From Octopus sinensis (Eukaryota), in contig NC_043004.1 in the NCBI RefSeq assembly GCF_006345805.1, positions 17,298,001-17,362,000 on the forward strand: a DNA stretch of 64,000 bases, written 5' to 3'. The position numbers and the translations under genes are program-made. Position 1 is the first letter of the stretch. The number at the start of each line of letters is the position of its first letter. The notes under the pieces were generated by a model. That model did no database searches. It saw only the letters and a program-made list of their open reading frames with translations, and was not told the origin of the DNA. This document shows, one piece after another, positions 49,846 to 62,200 of the stretch.

Positions 49846-50884
49846 TCAAACATATACGTCTTTAAATATTATTTCTTACATCATGTCTTTAAACGCTGAT
49901 TCTATATATACGTCTTTAAGCGTTACTTTTACAAACATGTCTAAACGCTACCTCTACCAACACATCTTTAAACGCCACTTCAAATAAACACATCCTTAAA
50001 CACTACATCTGTAAACACATCTTTAATCCCTACCTCTTTAATTGCTGGTGGGGACACCCTACTTTGTTATGCAGCCATATTATAGTACCAAGTGCCCCTA
50101 CTATGTAAGCAGTGCGACTAATTCACTTTTTGAAGTTACTTCTACAGATTTTCAGTGGAAACTAGAGCCAGCACCACAAGTTACGCTGTTTCGCATACGA
50201 ACGCATTGTATACATATACGTATTCTTATACGCAACGTCGTAACTTTCAGTGAGGCTATAATTTCTATAGAGAATCTTTAAAAAGTCACCGGTTTAAATA
50301 CGTATTTAAATGCTTCTTCTACAAACACGTCTTTAAAAGCTACTTTTGTTTTGTTACCCGTCTGGATGTGGGGGGGGGCATACTTCAGCATTTGTCCATT
50401 AATGTACTATACCGAGTGCAAAGAGACAGTCATTTTAACTGCTAAGAACACGACGTTCAAAAGAACTTTGATCTTTTCTGGATTTGATCGTTTTTACTTT
50501 CTCTCACACGCACTCTTACATGTCATGCTTAGCAATCCTGTTAAGAGGTGAGTTATATTGCTTGGGATTTTGTACACTGTCTGAATGCAATTTATTTGTG
50601 AAAGAACGCTTCAAAAAGTGAAGTTTTCAATTATACTCCCACTTCTTTCTATTAGCAAATTCTCCAGTAACTTTCGTATCACTACAATACAAGCAAATAA
50701 CGATCAGTTGCCGAATAATACATAAAATATTTCACGTAGAAAGCTGTTCATAACCTCATGGGGTATCAATTTAGCAGTTTCTACCATATTGTAAAGCCAA
50801 TCAACTTTAAACAAACTTAAGGTTCTTTTGCGCTTCCGGCCATTCACTTCCTATAAATTCGAGTAAATCAATATTTTTCAATGA

Positions 50885-51055
50885 AAATATCACTAAGTAG
50901 CTCTGGCTCTGTGGTAAGAATCTTGCTTCCCAACCCCATGATTCCGGGTTCAGTCTCCCTGCGTGGAACATTAGGCAAGTATCTTCTACTATGGCCTCCG
51001 GCCGACCAGAGGCTTGTCGGTGGATTTGTTAGACGGAAAAACTTAAAGAATCCCG

Positions 51056-51124
<69 letters not shown>

Positions 51125-51260
51125 CGTGTGTGAGTGCGTATCACGCGTGTCTTTGTGTGTTTGCCCACAACCACGCTTTAATTACTACTGGGGTCGATTC
51201 ATTCTCCAAGACAGTACCCCAGCATGGCCACAGTCTAAAGACTGAAACAAGTAAAAAAAA
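50885..51260 (+). mobile_element. SINE S1 copy
   Basis: Head cttgcttcccaaccccatgattccggg, (TG)n centre, gactgaaacaagtaaaa tail. Confidence 0.85.
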
Positions 51261-51907
51261 GCTATCTAAAGAATTTGAAAGAGACCTTCGTAAACATTAG
51301 CATGTGATCATTCCCCGCCAAACAAGGCTGCAATTATATTGCAGCAGGAGAAACTGGAAAACCGGAACACGAAGTGGCGATGTGTCGTATACTAGTTATG
51401 AGCACGTTTTTGAAAAAAAATCCATTCATTAATTAACAGAAACAGTTAGTTCGGAGATTATTTTCAAGAAATACAAATATTCATTACTACTACAATTAAG
51501 ACATTTCCTCTTCTGTGAGTACATCAATTTATTTTGCTCGCTGGTTGGGAAACACGTACATGCGCACAGGTTAGAGAGAACAGTGTATAAAATCTTATAT
51601 AATCTCTATTTGTTATATTTGTAATTGAGAAGAGAAATATTGGGGAGAGAAAGAGAAAAATAGTGTTTATAATATGCTAACAAATGACCCAATAAAAATA
51701 TTTTTTAATAATCTATATGTGTGAATGTTGTTTTGTTTGAAATTTAAGAAATATATTGCTACTAGTTTTAGCAGCTTGTAGAAACTGCACAGAAGTTAAC
51801 AGGTATTTTTAATTAAGTTTTTAATATAATTAATAATTTAAGAATATTAGTTCAATTATTGTCACTGTAACAAAATATTGTGATTGTAACATGCACATAC
51901 ACACACA

Positions 51908-52750
51908 CACACGTGGGTGCTGAAAAGTTTCTGGTGTTAGGATATGCCCAACCTCCCGTATTTTCTTTTATATAAATACAGAATCTGCAGCACTTGGTCC
52001 TTTACAAAACACCATTAATCGACACCTTCATAAGGTCGGTGTTATAAATAGTTGATGTCGAGAAGCTCCACATGAACTGACTAATAGCCAGGCTCAACGA
52101 CGTGTGAACATCTACAAACAACTGCTGCCAAATCTGCGAGATACTAAATTTTGGCGTTGAGTTGTAACTGGGCTGAAAAATGGGTCTATTTTCGTAAATC
52201 TAATAAGAGAAACCTAATAAGAGTAATCAATGGCTTCGTTCTGGGAAGGCTTCAGAATCTGTTGTCACATAAGACAGTTTGAATAGAAGCTCATGTTGTT
52301 TGTTTGGTGGGATTTCAATGGACTTTTGCATTTTGAGTTTGTCCCAGATGGTCATACGGTGAACGGTAACCTTTATGCTCAACAACTGCAGTGAGTATAT
52401 GCTGCTTTCAAACCTCGCTACCCGGCATTGATCAATCGAAGACGCACACCCTTACAGTATGACAATGCTCCAGCACATACTGTCAATTTGACCATGAGCA
52501 AACTTGAGGATTTTGAGGGACTGGAAGTGCTACCCTCGCCCACTACCTACAATCTTGGCGTTGCCCCATTAGATTACCAGCTTTGCCGAGCCATGGCTCC
52601 TTTCCTGCATGCACGAAGGTTCAATAAAGTGAGTGAGGTTGAAAACGGGTGTAGAGAGATTATTGCCCCTCAATCAGCCAAATAGTATATGCGTGGGACA
52701 TTGAGCTTCTGACACAACGATGACAAAAGACAATACAATATGATGCGTCA
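51908..52750 (+). mobile_element. Heavily decayed mariner (Mos1-like DD34D) element
   Basis: TIR-like cacgtgggtgctgaaaagttt; APHELT..Q..RV, VVTG, LINRRRTPLQYDNAPAHT, LEVLP.P..APLDYQL. Confidence 0.85.
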
Positions 52751-52751
52751 T

Positions 52752-53052
52752 TGTTGTAATGAGAGTCACGTCGTCCCTTTGCAAGAAATAGATTGGATCA
52801 AGCGATTATTAATAAGAACAGTCGCAGTGAAGTTTGTGTATTAATTCGAGTTGAGCTCGCAGTGAAGTCGGAAGGTGTCGGTTGGCTAGTTCGTTTGGAA
52901 CATTGATTGTTGGTTCGGGAAGACATTGTTGGATCGTTATGTTGTTGTTACGACCTCATTATTATCTTGTTTATTGTTACAAAACTGGTACACTGTATTT
53001 AAACCATCCGTCACATATATCGTGGTGGTGCCACGACATTGGTGACTGAGGA
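52752..53052 (+). mobile_element. Possible LTR (TGTTGT...ACGACA, about 287 bp) followed by a PBS-like sequence
   Basis: TG...CA termini with 5/6 inverted match, then ttggtgactgagg at 53039-53051; no internal ORF or second LTR seen. Confidence 0.4.
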
Positions 53053-53473
53053 TACGACAGTCACGTAGTTGCAACGCGAAATACGGTGTCTCTACAAGCA
53101 ATTAATTTGCTAGAAATGAGTTTAATATGTAAAATTGGTCTACACCGTTATGTTTAGAGTTTATTTAAGCAATGTGTTCATGGATGGTTAATGGGCTGGA
53201 GGTGGTGCTGGGGATGTAATAACCCTACAAATATGCATACATAATCACTTGTATTCTTTTATTTATTTCAATCATTTGACTGGAGCACCACCTTTAGTCG
53301 AACAAATCGACTCGAGGACCAAGCCTAGTACTTATTTTATCGGTCTCCTTTGCCCAACCACTAGGTTACGGGGACGTAAACACACCAAAATCGGTTGTCA
53401 AGCGATGGTAGGGGACAAACACAGACACACAAGCATATACCTATACACATATATATGTATGTATATATATATG

Positions 53474-53533
<60 letters not shown>

Positions 53534-53642
53534 GTATGTAAAATAATAAGGGTGAAAAATTGAATATTAATTTGATTAATACCAATTTAAAACCTGTGGT
53601 CTAGCATACAGAAAAATCTGACGATTCAGAAAAATCACGGTA

Positions 53643-53658
53643 TTTTGGCGCGCCAAAA
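53643..53658. promoter_or_regulatory. Perfect E2F-type palindrome
   Basis: TTTTGGCGCGCCAAAA. Confidence 0.5.
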
Positions 53659-54003
53659 GGGTGACTTTTGAAATATAACCCCAAATGTAATTGGTAGAAC
53701 TATATACATATTCAATCTCATGCGCACGACTCGTGTATAGTTCTGCAAATTATATTTTGCTATGACGATCACACTGACGAGTTGCGGACATTCTACGTAA
53801 GTGATTACGTAAGTGGTAACAACGAAACTGGTTTGTGATTAATCTGTATATTTTGTATCTTTTCATTTGTCTTGCTCGCTTACGTTCTGGCGTTTGCTAA
53901 ATTTTCTTGAGAACATTCCTTTCTTAGTGGTAAGACCATAGGGGGTCGACTTCTAGCATATGGATGTCCACTTAGTGGTCATCCCTCTTATATGCATATA
54001 TAT

Positions 54004-54062
<59 letters not shown>

Positions 54063-54483
54063 GACGGGCTTCTTTTGGTTTCCGTCTACCAAATCCACAC
54101 ACAAAGCTCTGATTGGCCTGAGGCTATAGTAGAAGACGCTTGCCCAAGGTGCCTCGCAGTCGGACTGAACTCGGAAGCATGTGTTTGGGAAGCGAGCTTC
54201 TTTATTTCATTATATTGGGCATAAAGGCCTTACAAGCTTCTTAACACACAGCCACGCCTATCCTGGATCATATTGTTTATTTGGACGTATTCGTATACGA
54301 TTCGTTGTAACTTTCAGTGCCGACACTAATTTCAATAGAAAATCTGTAGAGGAAACATTAAAGCTAATTTAATCGCACTGCTAACACAGTTGGGACACAC
54401 TATTGACTTACAACCTTTTAATATACTCAGTAGTATATTACACTTGCATAACGAAATGAGGTGTCCCTAAAGCACTTTATGTA

Positions 54484-54551
<68 letters not shown>

Positions 54552-54559
54552 TAAGGTAT

Positions 54560-55260
54560 GTAGAAAAATACAACATGGACAAGAACGTATAACTCTAGAA
54601 GACGATACAATAAACACGGACAGGACATTCGAAACCCTCAGTCTTCAGTCAAGAACCGGATCATCGTAGTAATTTCGGCTGATTAATCTTGAGATTACTA
54701 GATCACGGCCAGCCCTCCAAGAAAAACTAAGCAACGAGCATTAGAAAAACTAAGCTGGGAGCGTAGATTTCCTGGAAGAAGGATCGAATGCATACGGACA
54801 CCAGGACAGCAAAGGGACGAATATAAAAAAACAAAAAAATAATGGAATACAGAAACATGAAATACAGAAGCATTAACGGTGAAAACAACAACAAGTGTCT
54901 TACGACTGATAACAAGCAAACAAATTTTTTCTCTGCGCAAGGAAAGGAGCCTTATCGGCGATGCCTATAGCGGCGGACAAAAAACAACGATGTTAACACG
55001 ACGCTGGTCAGAAGCTGAAAGGCAGATTTCGGCCAGCAGTCACGTGACAGAGAGAGAGAGAAAAGAAAGAAAGAGAAGCAACGGAAGAGAGAGAGAGAGG
55101 AGAGAGAGAGAGGAGGGACAAACGCAACAAAGAGCGAGAAGAGAGAGAAAGAAGGAATCAGAGAGGAGAAGGGATGGGTGTCGAAGATTGACCTGTGAGT
55201 GCAGAGCGAGACAAAGAAATAGGAGGGTAGTGGAAGATTAGACCAAAGAATCAGAGGAAA
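54560..55260 (-). mobile_element. Probable terminal/UTR region of a retroelement (Penelope-like), inserted in (TA)n
   Basis: TA flanks and purine/pyrimidine-biased composition like the other pseudo-LTR regions; no coding motif recognised. Confidence 0.35.
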
Positions 55261-55264
55261 TTAT

Positions 55265-55303
<39 letters not shown>

Positions 55304-55702
55304 TGATGTATCTATATAAATATATGCATTTTCGTCTTTGTATATGCATGATACATGTATACGTATGTGCGTATGTGTGCATGTGTGTATGTGCATGCGT
55401 GTGTGAGTATGTGTGTGCGTGCAAATGTATATATAGTGCACAAAGCAAAGGTATTTCAAAGAAAGGGCACCTCGATGCATTTGTCGGGGAAATACTTTTT
55501 ATTACAGATATTGCAAAGTTCAACACCGCACCCCGACCAGCACTTCCATTTCGGGAGGAAATCCTTGCTCTCAGTCCGCATCTCCCTCCCCATCATTGCA
55601 TCTATATGTATACCTGCATATGCATGCATACATTATATATATATATATATGTATATATGAGCATGCGTATATACGTAAGAACATATATACATACATATAT
55701 AT

Positions 55703-55754
<52 letters not shown>

Positions 55755-55899
55755 TTGGTGGTAGAAAGTAGGGACTGAACAAATTCAGTCGAGTACCTCA
55801 GGCGGCACTCCATACGCGAAACCTCGCTAGCTGAATGTCAAGTGAGGTTGATGGGAACCAGCATAGGTTAAATCCACAGGCGTTCCATACAAACTATAA

Positions 55900-56056
55900 T
55901 CTCATGCATACACACATACATACATACATACATACATACATACATACATGCATACATACATACATGCATGCATACATACATACATGCATGCATGCATACA
56001 TACATACATACATACACACGTGTACGTATATGTTTATATTTAAACGTACATATATG

Positions 56057-56119
<63 letters not shown>

Positions 56120-56165
56120 GTGTGTGTGTGAGAGTATGCGCGTGCGTGTGTGTATGTGTGTGTGT

Positions 56166-56206
<41 letters not shown>

Positions 56207-56364
56207 TGTGTGTGTGTGTGCAAAACCTTCCCTCTCCACACCAATCTCGTTCTTTCATATATAAGCAAATATTTAATTTCCTCTTCCATTTCTGACAAGC
56301 GAACTCCTCAAAAAAAATTTTTGAAGTTACTTTTTTGTATTCTGATTTTCTGTCTAAATGTGTA

Positions 56365-56443
<79 letters not shown>

Positions 56444-56526
56444 ATATATATATATTATATTATATATGTTATATATATATATATGATATATATATATATA
56501 TATTATATATATATATATATATATAG

Positions 56527-56576
<50 letters not shown>

Positions 56577-56580
56577 GTAT
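55900..56580. repeat. (CATA)n, (CTAT)n, (TG)n and (TA)n microsatellites
   Basis: Directly visible. Confidence 0.95.
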
Positions 56581-56589
56581 ATGTTCTTT

Positions 56590-56970
56590 TATTCTTTTAT
56601 TTGTTTCAGTCATTTGACTACGTCCATGTCGGAGCACCACATTTAGTCGAATAAATCGATCATAGGACTTATTCTTTGTAAGCCTAGTACCTATTCTATC
56701 GGTCTCTTTTTTGCCGAACCGCTAGGTGATGGGAACGTAAACACACCAACATCGGTTGTCAAGCGATGGTAGGGGGACAAACACGGACACAAACAACAAA
56801 CATACACACACACATATATGCATATACATATACGACGGGCTTCTTTCAGTTTCCGTTAACCAAATCTATTCACAAGGCCTTGGTCGGCCCGAGGCTATGG
56901 TAGAAGACACTACCCAAAGTGCCACACAGTGGGACTGAACCCGGAACCATGTGGTTGGGAAGCACACAGC
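56590..56970 (-). mobile_element. SINE S1 copy
   Basis: Reverse-complement S1 tail and head. Confidence 0.9.
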
Positions 56971-57004
56971 AATATATATATATTTATATGCGTATATATA
57001 TCAT

Positions 57005-57085
<81 letters not shown>

Positions 57086-57087
<2 letters not shown>

Positions 57088-57340
57088 GAAATATTGCATT
57101 TCTAAATGTCTCAACGAGACATGAGCGCTTGTGGAGCGATAGAGTGGTTGTATAAAGTCAAGTATAAGGACACAGGAAATGTGTCAAAGCCGACAGGAAG
57201 CGCCGATGCTTCCTAGGGATATATAGCGGTGAAATAATTCCCTCTACGGGACTGTTAGGTTATTTTGACTTTATACAACCACTCTATCGCTCCACCACCG
57301 CTCATGTCTTGTTGAGACATTTAGAAATTCAATATTTCTA
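57086..57340. mobile_element. MITE-like foldback with inverted arms of about 80 bp
   Basis: tagaaatattg...gagcgatagagtggttgtataaagtcaa mirrored at 57260-57340. Confidence 0.8.
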
Positions 57341-57428
57341 ATTACGGTGACCACTGAATAAATTTCACTGTAAATAGATATATTTGCAAAGGCTTGGTAA
57401 GTATCACCGCTAGCGGGGACACGCTACC

Positions 57429-57472
57429 CTGAACTGATGACGGGCAATACCCAGAAACATGCATGTATTCAG
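57429..57472 (+). ncRNA. Minimal type I hammerhead ribozyme, family F, fully canonical core
   Basis: ctgaa-CTGATGA-C-GGG/caata/CCC-A-GAA-ACATGCATGT(10-nt palindrome)-A-ttcag; predicted cleavage after A57467. Confidence 0.85.
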
Positions 57473-58169
57473 ATTGCTAGTCCTAGCTGGTGGGTGTGCT
57501 TGCCTCCCCTTTGCAAATCTCTCTCTCTCTCTCTCTGTATATATATATATATATGTATGTATGTATATGGATACGCACGCACACACATACACAAACACAC
57601 ACACATGCGTATATATACGCATGGTGCCAGTTATGAGGCTGAAACTGTGAAGTCACCCTCTCCCTTTCTTGTAAACGTTTACTGTATTTGTATTCCACTG
57701 TAATGTTTTGAGTAATTCCTTAGTTTCATGTAAAAATTTTTATATAGAATTTGTCAATAAAAACAAACATTAAAGGTGATAAATTTGTGTGTGGGTGGTT
57801 GTGTGTGTGTGTGTATGTGTGTGTGGTTGTGCGTATGTGTGTGCATGTAATCGTAGATGCGTGCATATATACATACACACACATATGTATATGTGTGTGG
57901 GTGTACTCCGCATATAGATGCTTACATAATACGTATGATTAAACATATGTACGTCTGTGACTTCAAATACTCCGGCCTCACTTTTTGAGATAGTGAAGAT
58001 AAGGTAAGAATAACATCGGTGCTTATCTATGAAAAGATTAGTGTGATATCGAGAAACGGATTTTAGAAAAAGCATTATAGGATGGTTTAAACCTAAGCTT
58101 CTAATGATAATACTAAACGTTTCCTAACTTATCTTTGAAACTAAAGTAACAATATGAAGAAAATATATT

Positions 58170-58325
58170 CTTTTCTACTCTAGGCACAAGGCCCAAAATT
58201 TTGGGGGAGGGGGCCAGTCGATTGGATCGACCCCAGTACATAACTGGTACTTAATTTATCGACCCCGAAAGGATGAAAGGCAAAGTTGACCTCGGCGGAA
58301 TTTGAACTCAGAACGCAGCGGCAGA
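58170..58325 (-). mobile_element. SINE S2 3' fragment
   Basis: cgaccccgaaaggatgaaaggcaaagttgacctcggcggaatttgaactcagaac. Confidence 0.85.
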
Positions 58326-58515
58326 TTAAAATCAAATGTGGATTAGCGCTTTGAAATATTTAATGTTTTGAAATTTTGTATTATAATTGGTTGATTCTAA
58401 GTATTGCCCATAAGTAGTTCCAGTGAAAAATTAATTCGTATAAATAAACTAATATCCACAAAACATTAATCTTGTCGAAAATATTTCATTAAGATTCTTT
58501 TCTTTAATTCTGAAG

Positions 58516-58556
58516 GTGCGAGTCTTCCCCTTATTAGAATGTGTCCTTCAAGGGAT
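58516..58556 (+). CDS. Candidate 41-nt exon
   Basis: ttcttttctttaattctgaag| acceptor, GAT|gtgagt donor; VRVFPLLECVLQG in phase 0, compatible with the phase-0 end of 48864-48970. Confidence 0.3.
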
Positions 58557-58964
58557 GTGAGTTCATTAAAGGCATCCAACACTATTCCAATCCATTCACT
58601 TCTAATACTGTTTCTGATATTGGTTCAAAGCCAGAAGTTTTGTAAATGGAATACTCGATTATAAACAACGACCTCTTGAGTGGTATGAAAAGCAAAGTTG
58701 ACCTTTGGATCTGAACGCAGGATTTAAAGAGCCGTAGATAAATAACTATGCATTTTAGCCGATTTTGTAGCGTTTCTGCCAATCCATCAAACCATGTAAT
58801 TCAATATTAGCCAAAGAAGGAGGAAGAGAATAGTAACTTAGTTTAACTCTTCCTTTGATAGACAAGTAACTACATAGATAGCTACAAATTTATTCAAACT
58901 ATTATTTACGTAAAGTCTATTTGCCAACGTAAAGTGGCAGTCCTGTTTAGGACGATGTTATTAC

Positions 58965-59155
58965 TACAGTTCTATATTTAAGAGATGAGGAATTATGTAC
59001 ATTTTTTACATTATTTACATTTGACGGATATTTATCCTCATCTTGTTTGTTGTTGACACAACGTTTTGGCTGACATACTCTCTCGCCTTCATTAGGTGAC
59101 TTGGGGAAATTTTGAACCTGGGTTCTCATTGCTAAGGTATTTTTCGATGTCATTA
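58965..59155 (-). mobile_element. Hammerhead-bearing repeat body (family E), second copy
   Basis: gacatcgaaaaataccttagcaatgagaacccaggttcaaaatttccccaag...aaatatagaactgta. Confidence 0.85.
59055..59100 (-). ncRNA. Hammerhead motif, family E (G5 and G12 mutated)
   Basis: gucac-CUAAUGA-A-GGCG..CAGCC-AAA-ACGU-U-guguc; combined with the 41390 copy it gives a canonical consensus. Confidence 0.6.
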
Positions 59156-59177
59156 TTAAAGTTGTTGTTGTTGCTGC

Positions 59178-59215
<38 letters not shown>

Positions 59216-59216
<1 letters not shown>

Positions 59217-62200
59217 TTTTTTTTTCCTTCTTTCAAATTTTCTTCCATTTCTTGCCGAGTGTCTTCCCGACTCCTAGGGCAAAGAAACTCATAGTGTATA
59301 TTGGTAGGCCATTAAACCAAACTCAGTAGTTCGTTCAATTTTTTTTTTTTTTTTTTTTTTTAAAGTTAAATTAAAATACATGAGCAGCAACAGTTCTCAC
59401 ATCGACAATGCTCTTCTCAATACGTGTGATGTACCAGTTAAGACAATCTTTTGCACTTCTTGCAGGGATGGTAAGCCAGGGATCATTCTCATATAATTTT
59501 CGGTTCCCTTCTTGATCATTCCTAGTGCTCCTACGATCACTGGTATTGTAACCGCCTTGAGATGCCACATTTTCTCAATTTCAATGAGTAGGTCTTTATA
59601 TTTTCTGAGCTTGTCAAACTTTTCGCTGAGATATTATGATCACAGGGGATGCTCATGTCGATCAATAAGCAAACTTTATTGTTTTGGTCTTTCACAACAA
59701 TATCTGGTTTATTGGCCTTGATGGTTCGGTCTGTATGTACTGGAAAGTCCCACAGAATGGTTACATTTTCTCCTTCAGTTACAGCCTCAGGGTGGTGATT
59801 ATACCACTTGTCGGCAGTTTTGATATTGTAATGCCGACTTATTAGCCAGTGTAGATATTGGCCAACTCTGTCATGTCTTAATTTATACTCCACTGGTGCT
59901 AAGACTTTACATCCAGAGATTAGGTGGTCCACTGTTTCAATCATGTCGTTGCAGAATCGGCATTTTGGGTCTGCTCCATTTTTCATCACATTGGCCTGGT
60001 AGTTCCGGGTTAATAGGTTTTGGTCTTGAGCAGCCAGGATGAAACCTTCGCTCTCTGCTTTTAGCCCTGAGCTCCGCAGCCACTGATGGTTTGCTTCTGG
60101 TCAACATCAGCTTGTTTGCTGCGGGTCACATATTTGCCGTGCAGAGGTTTCTCCTCCCACCTATCAGCCAATTGCTCGTGCGCTTTTTTCATTGCCATCA
60201 TTTTCACTTCTTTGCAACAATAGTTGCCGTACTTCCCTCGGGTTGTTCAGTTTGGGTATCCTGCACGAGATCAATAGCAAATTTTTGGCTTTCCTTGATG
60301 ATAGAATGAAGCTTCTTTCGTCTCTCGTGATTTTCCACGAGCTTTAGCATCCAGTCATTCGATATTTCGAGATATTGGCCAGTCCAATTGTGGTTGTTTT
60401 GTAAGCTAGTTCAAATTGGATCAGGCCTCGACCTCCTTGGGCTCTGGGAAGGTAAAGGCGATCTACGTCTGCCTTTGGGTGGTGCATCCTATTACAACTC
60501 AGCAGCTTGCGTGTTTTTCTATCTATATTCTTTACTTCACTCATATTCCAGTTCAACACATTGTAGCTATAAGTAACAACTGGAACTGCTAAGGACTTTA
60601 TAGCTAACACCTTGTTACGTGCATTTAGTTCAGATTTCAGGACTGCACGAACTCTCCTATAACATTCCTTCCTGATTTTCTCTTTCATGCTTGCATGCTG
60701 AATACCAGAGCCTTCATTTATCCCTAAATATTTGTATGTTTGTTCTTGCTCAAGCTCTCTTATGACTGTGTCAACATCTAACACGACTGAATTTGTGGTC
60801 TTCACTTTCCCTTTCTGGAAAGTGGCCTTGGCACACTTCTCAAGTCCAAACTCCAAACCGATGTCATCGCTGAATGCTTTCACGGTGCGCAATAGGCCTT
60901 CAAGTTCATTATTGTCTTTACCATAAAGTTTTAAGTCATCCATATAAAATAGATGGCTTATTTTTTTATTGGCAATTTTATACCCATACCCTGTTCTGTT
61001 TAATTCACTTGTAAGGGGTATTAGGGCTATGCAGAATATTAAAGGTGAAAGTGAGTCACCTTGAAAAATTCCACAGTTGATGTTTATATTTTCTGAGGCA
61101 AGTACTCCATTAGAGTGGTATAATTGGAGATTCGTATTCCACAACGACATATTGTGCTTCAGGAAGTTTAAAATCACAGGGGAAATTTTGAAGATGTCCA
61201 GCGATCTCAAGATCCATGGATGCGGTATACTGTCGAAGGCCTTTTTATAGTCAATCCATGCGGTGCTGAGATTTCTGCGCTTGTTGTGACAGTTCTCAAG
61301 GATCATACGATTGATTAGCAGTTGATCTTTGCATCCGTAAGAGCCTCGGCGGCACCCTTTTTGTTCAATGGGGAAAATATCGTTCTTCTCCATGAATGCA
61401 TATGTTTTCTCCGCCAGGATAGATGTTAGGATTTTATACGTGGTGGATAGACAGGTTATAGGCCGATAGTTTTTTGGAAGGTTGGTTTCGTTATTCTTTG
61501 GGAGTAGGTAAGTAATGCCACTTGCTAACCATTCAGGTGTTTTCTTTGGGTCTCTCAAAATTCCATTGAGCAGCTGAACTAGCTTACCGTGTGCGCACGG
61601 GAGCGATGCGAGCCAGAAATTCGGCACCCTATCTTTACCGGGGGATTTCCAATTATGGGCCTTCGTGAGTGCCTTTCTTAGGTCTGCTATTGTGATGTCT
61701 TCCCATGCTTGTTGTAAATTTTGGTAGGATCCTTCAGTTTGTATAATCCAGTCTGCATTTATGTTGTACGTCTTCTTGTCACTCCAAATCCTTTCCAAAA
61801 GTTTTGAACTTCTTCCATGGGAGGGGGGTCTTTAACGGTTACTTTCTCCTTCCCTATTTCTCTGTAGAATGTTTTGGCATTGGATGTGAACAGCTTATTT
61901 TGCTTGTAAAACTTGTTCTCTTCTCAAATCTTCGTATTCTTTGGGCTTTTGCTTGGACTCTTTGTTTCAGCGTTTCTTTTATTGATATCAGTTCTTCTCT
62001 TGGTGAGGATCCAAATTTTCTCTTCATCTTTCTTCCTGTTCTGGATCTTACATCATTTCCACATATTAGTTCATTAATATTGATATTCCCCTCTCATAAA
62101 TTCAATCTCTTTTTCAATTTTACTTCTCCAGGTTGATTTCTTCCCAGGTTTTGTTTTCTTTGTTTTTTGGGGCATACAGCTGGTTTCAATTGCCCTAGCA

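Noticed and set aside
49850-50350. Degenerate repeats of about 26 bp (acacatctttaaacgctac)
   Set aside because: Ordinary decayed minisatellite with no further structure seen.
50533-50547. 15-nt microexon candidate before a strong GTGAGT donor
   Set aside because: It has a stop in the frame compatible with the upstream exon, and there is no other support.
20640-50850. Protein-looking minus-strand frames at about 20640-20900, 24810-24950 and 50600-50850 after good acceptors
   Set aside because: Each has an in-frame TGA, no recognisable homology, and no convincing donor.
54620-54725. Two hammerhead-like stretches on the minus strand (CTGAAGA; GGCTG...CAGCC-GAAA)
   Set aside because: One lacks stem II and the other lacks a recognisable CUGANGA; not counted.
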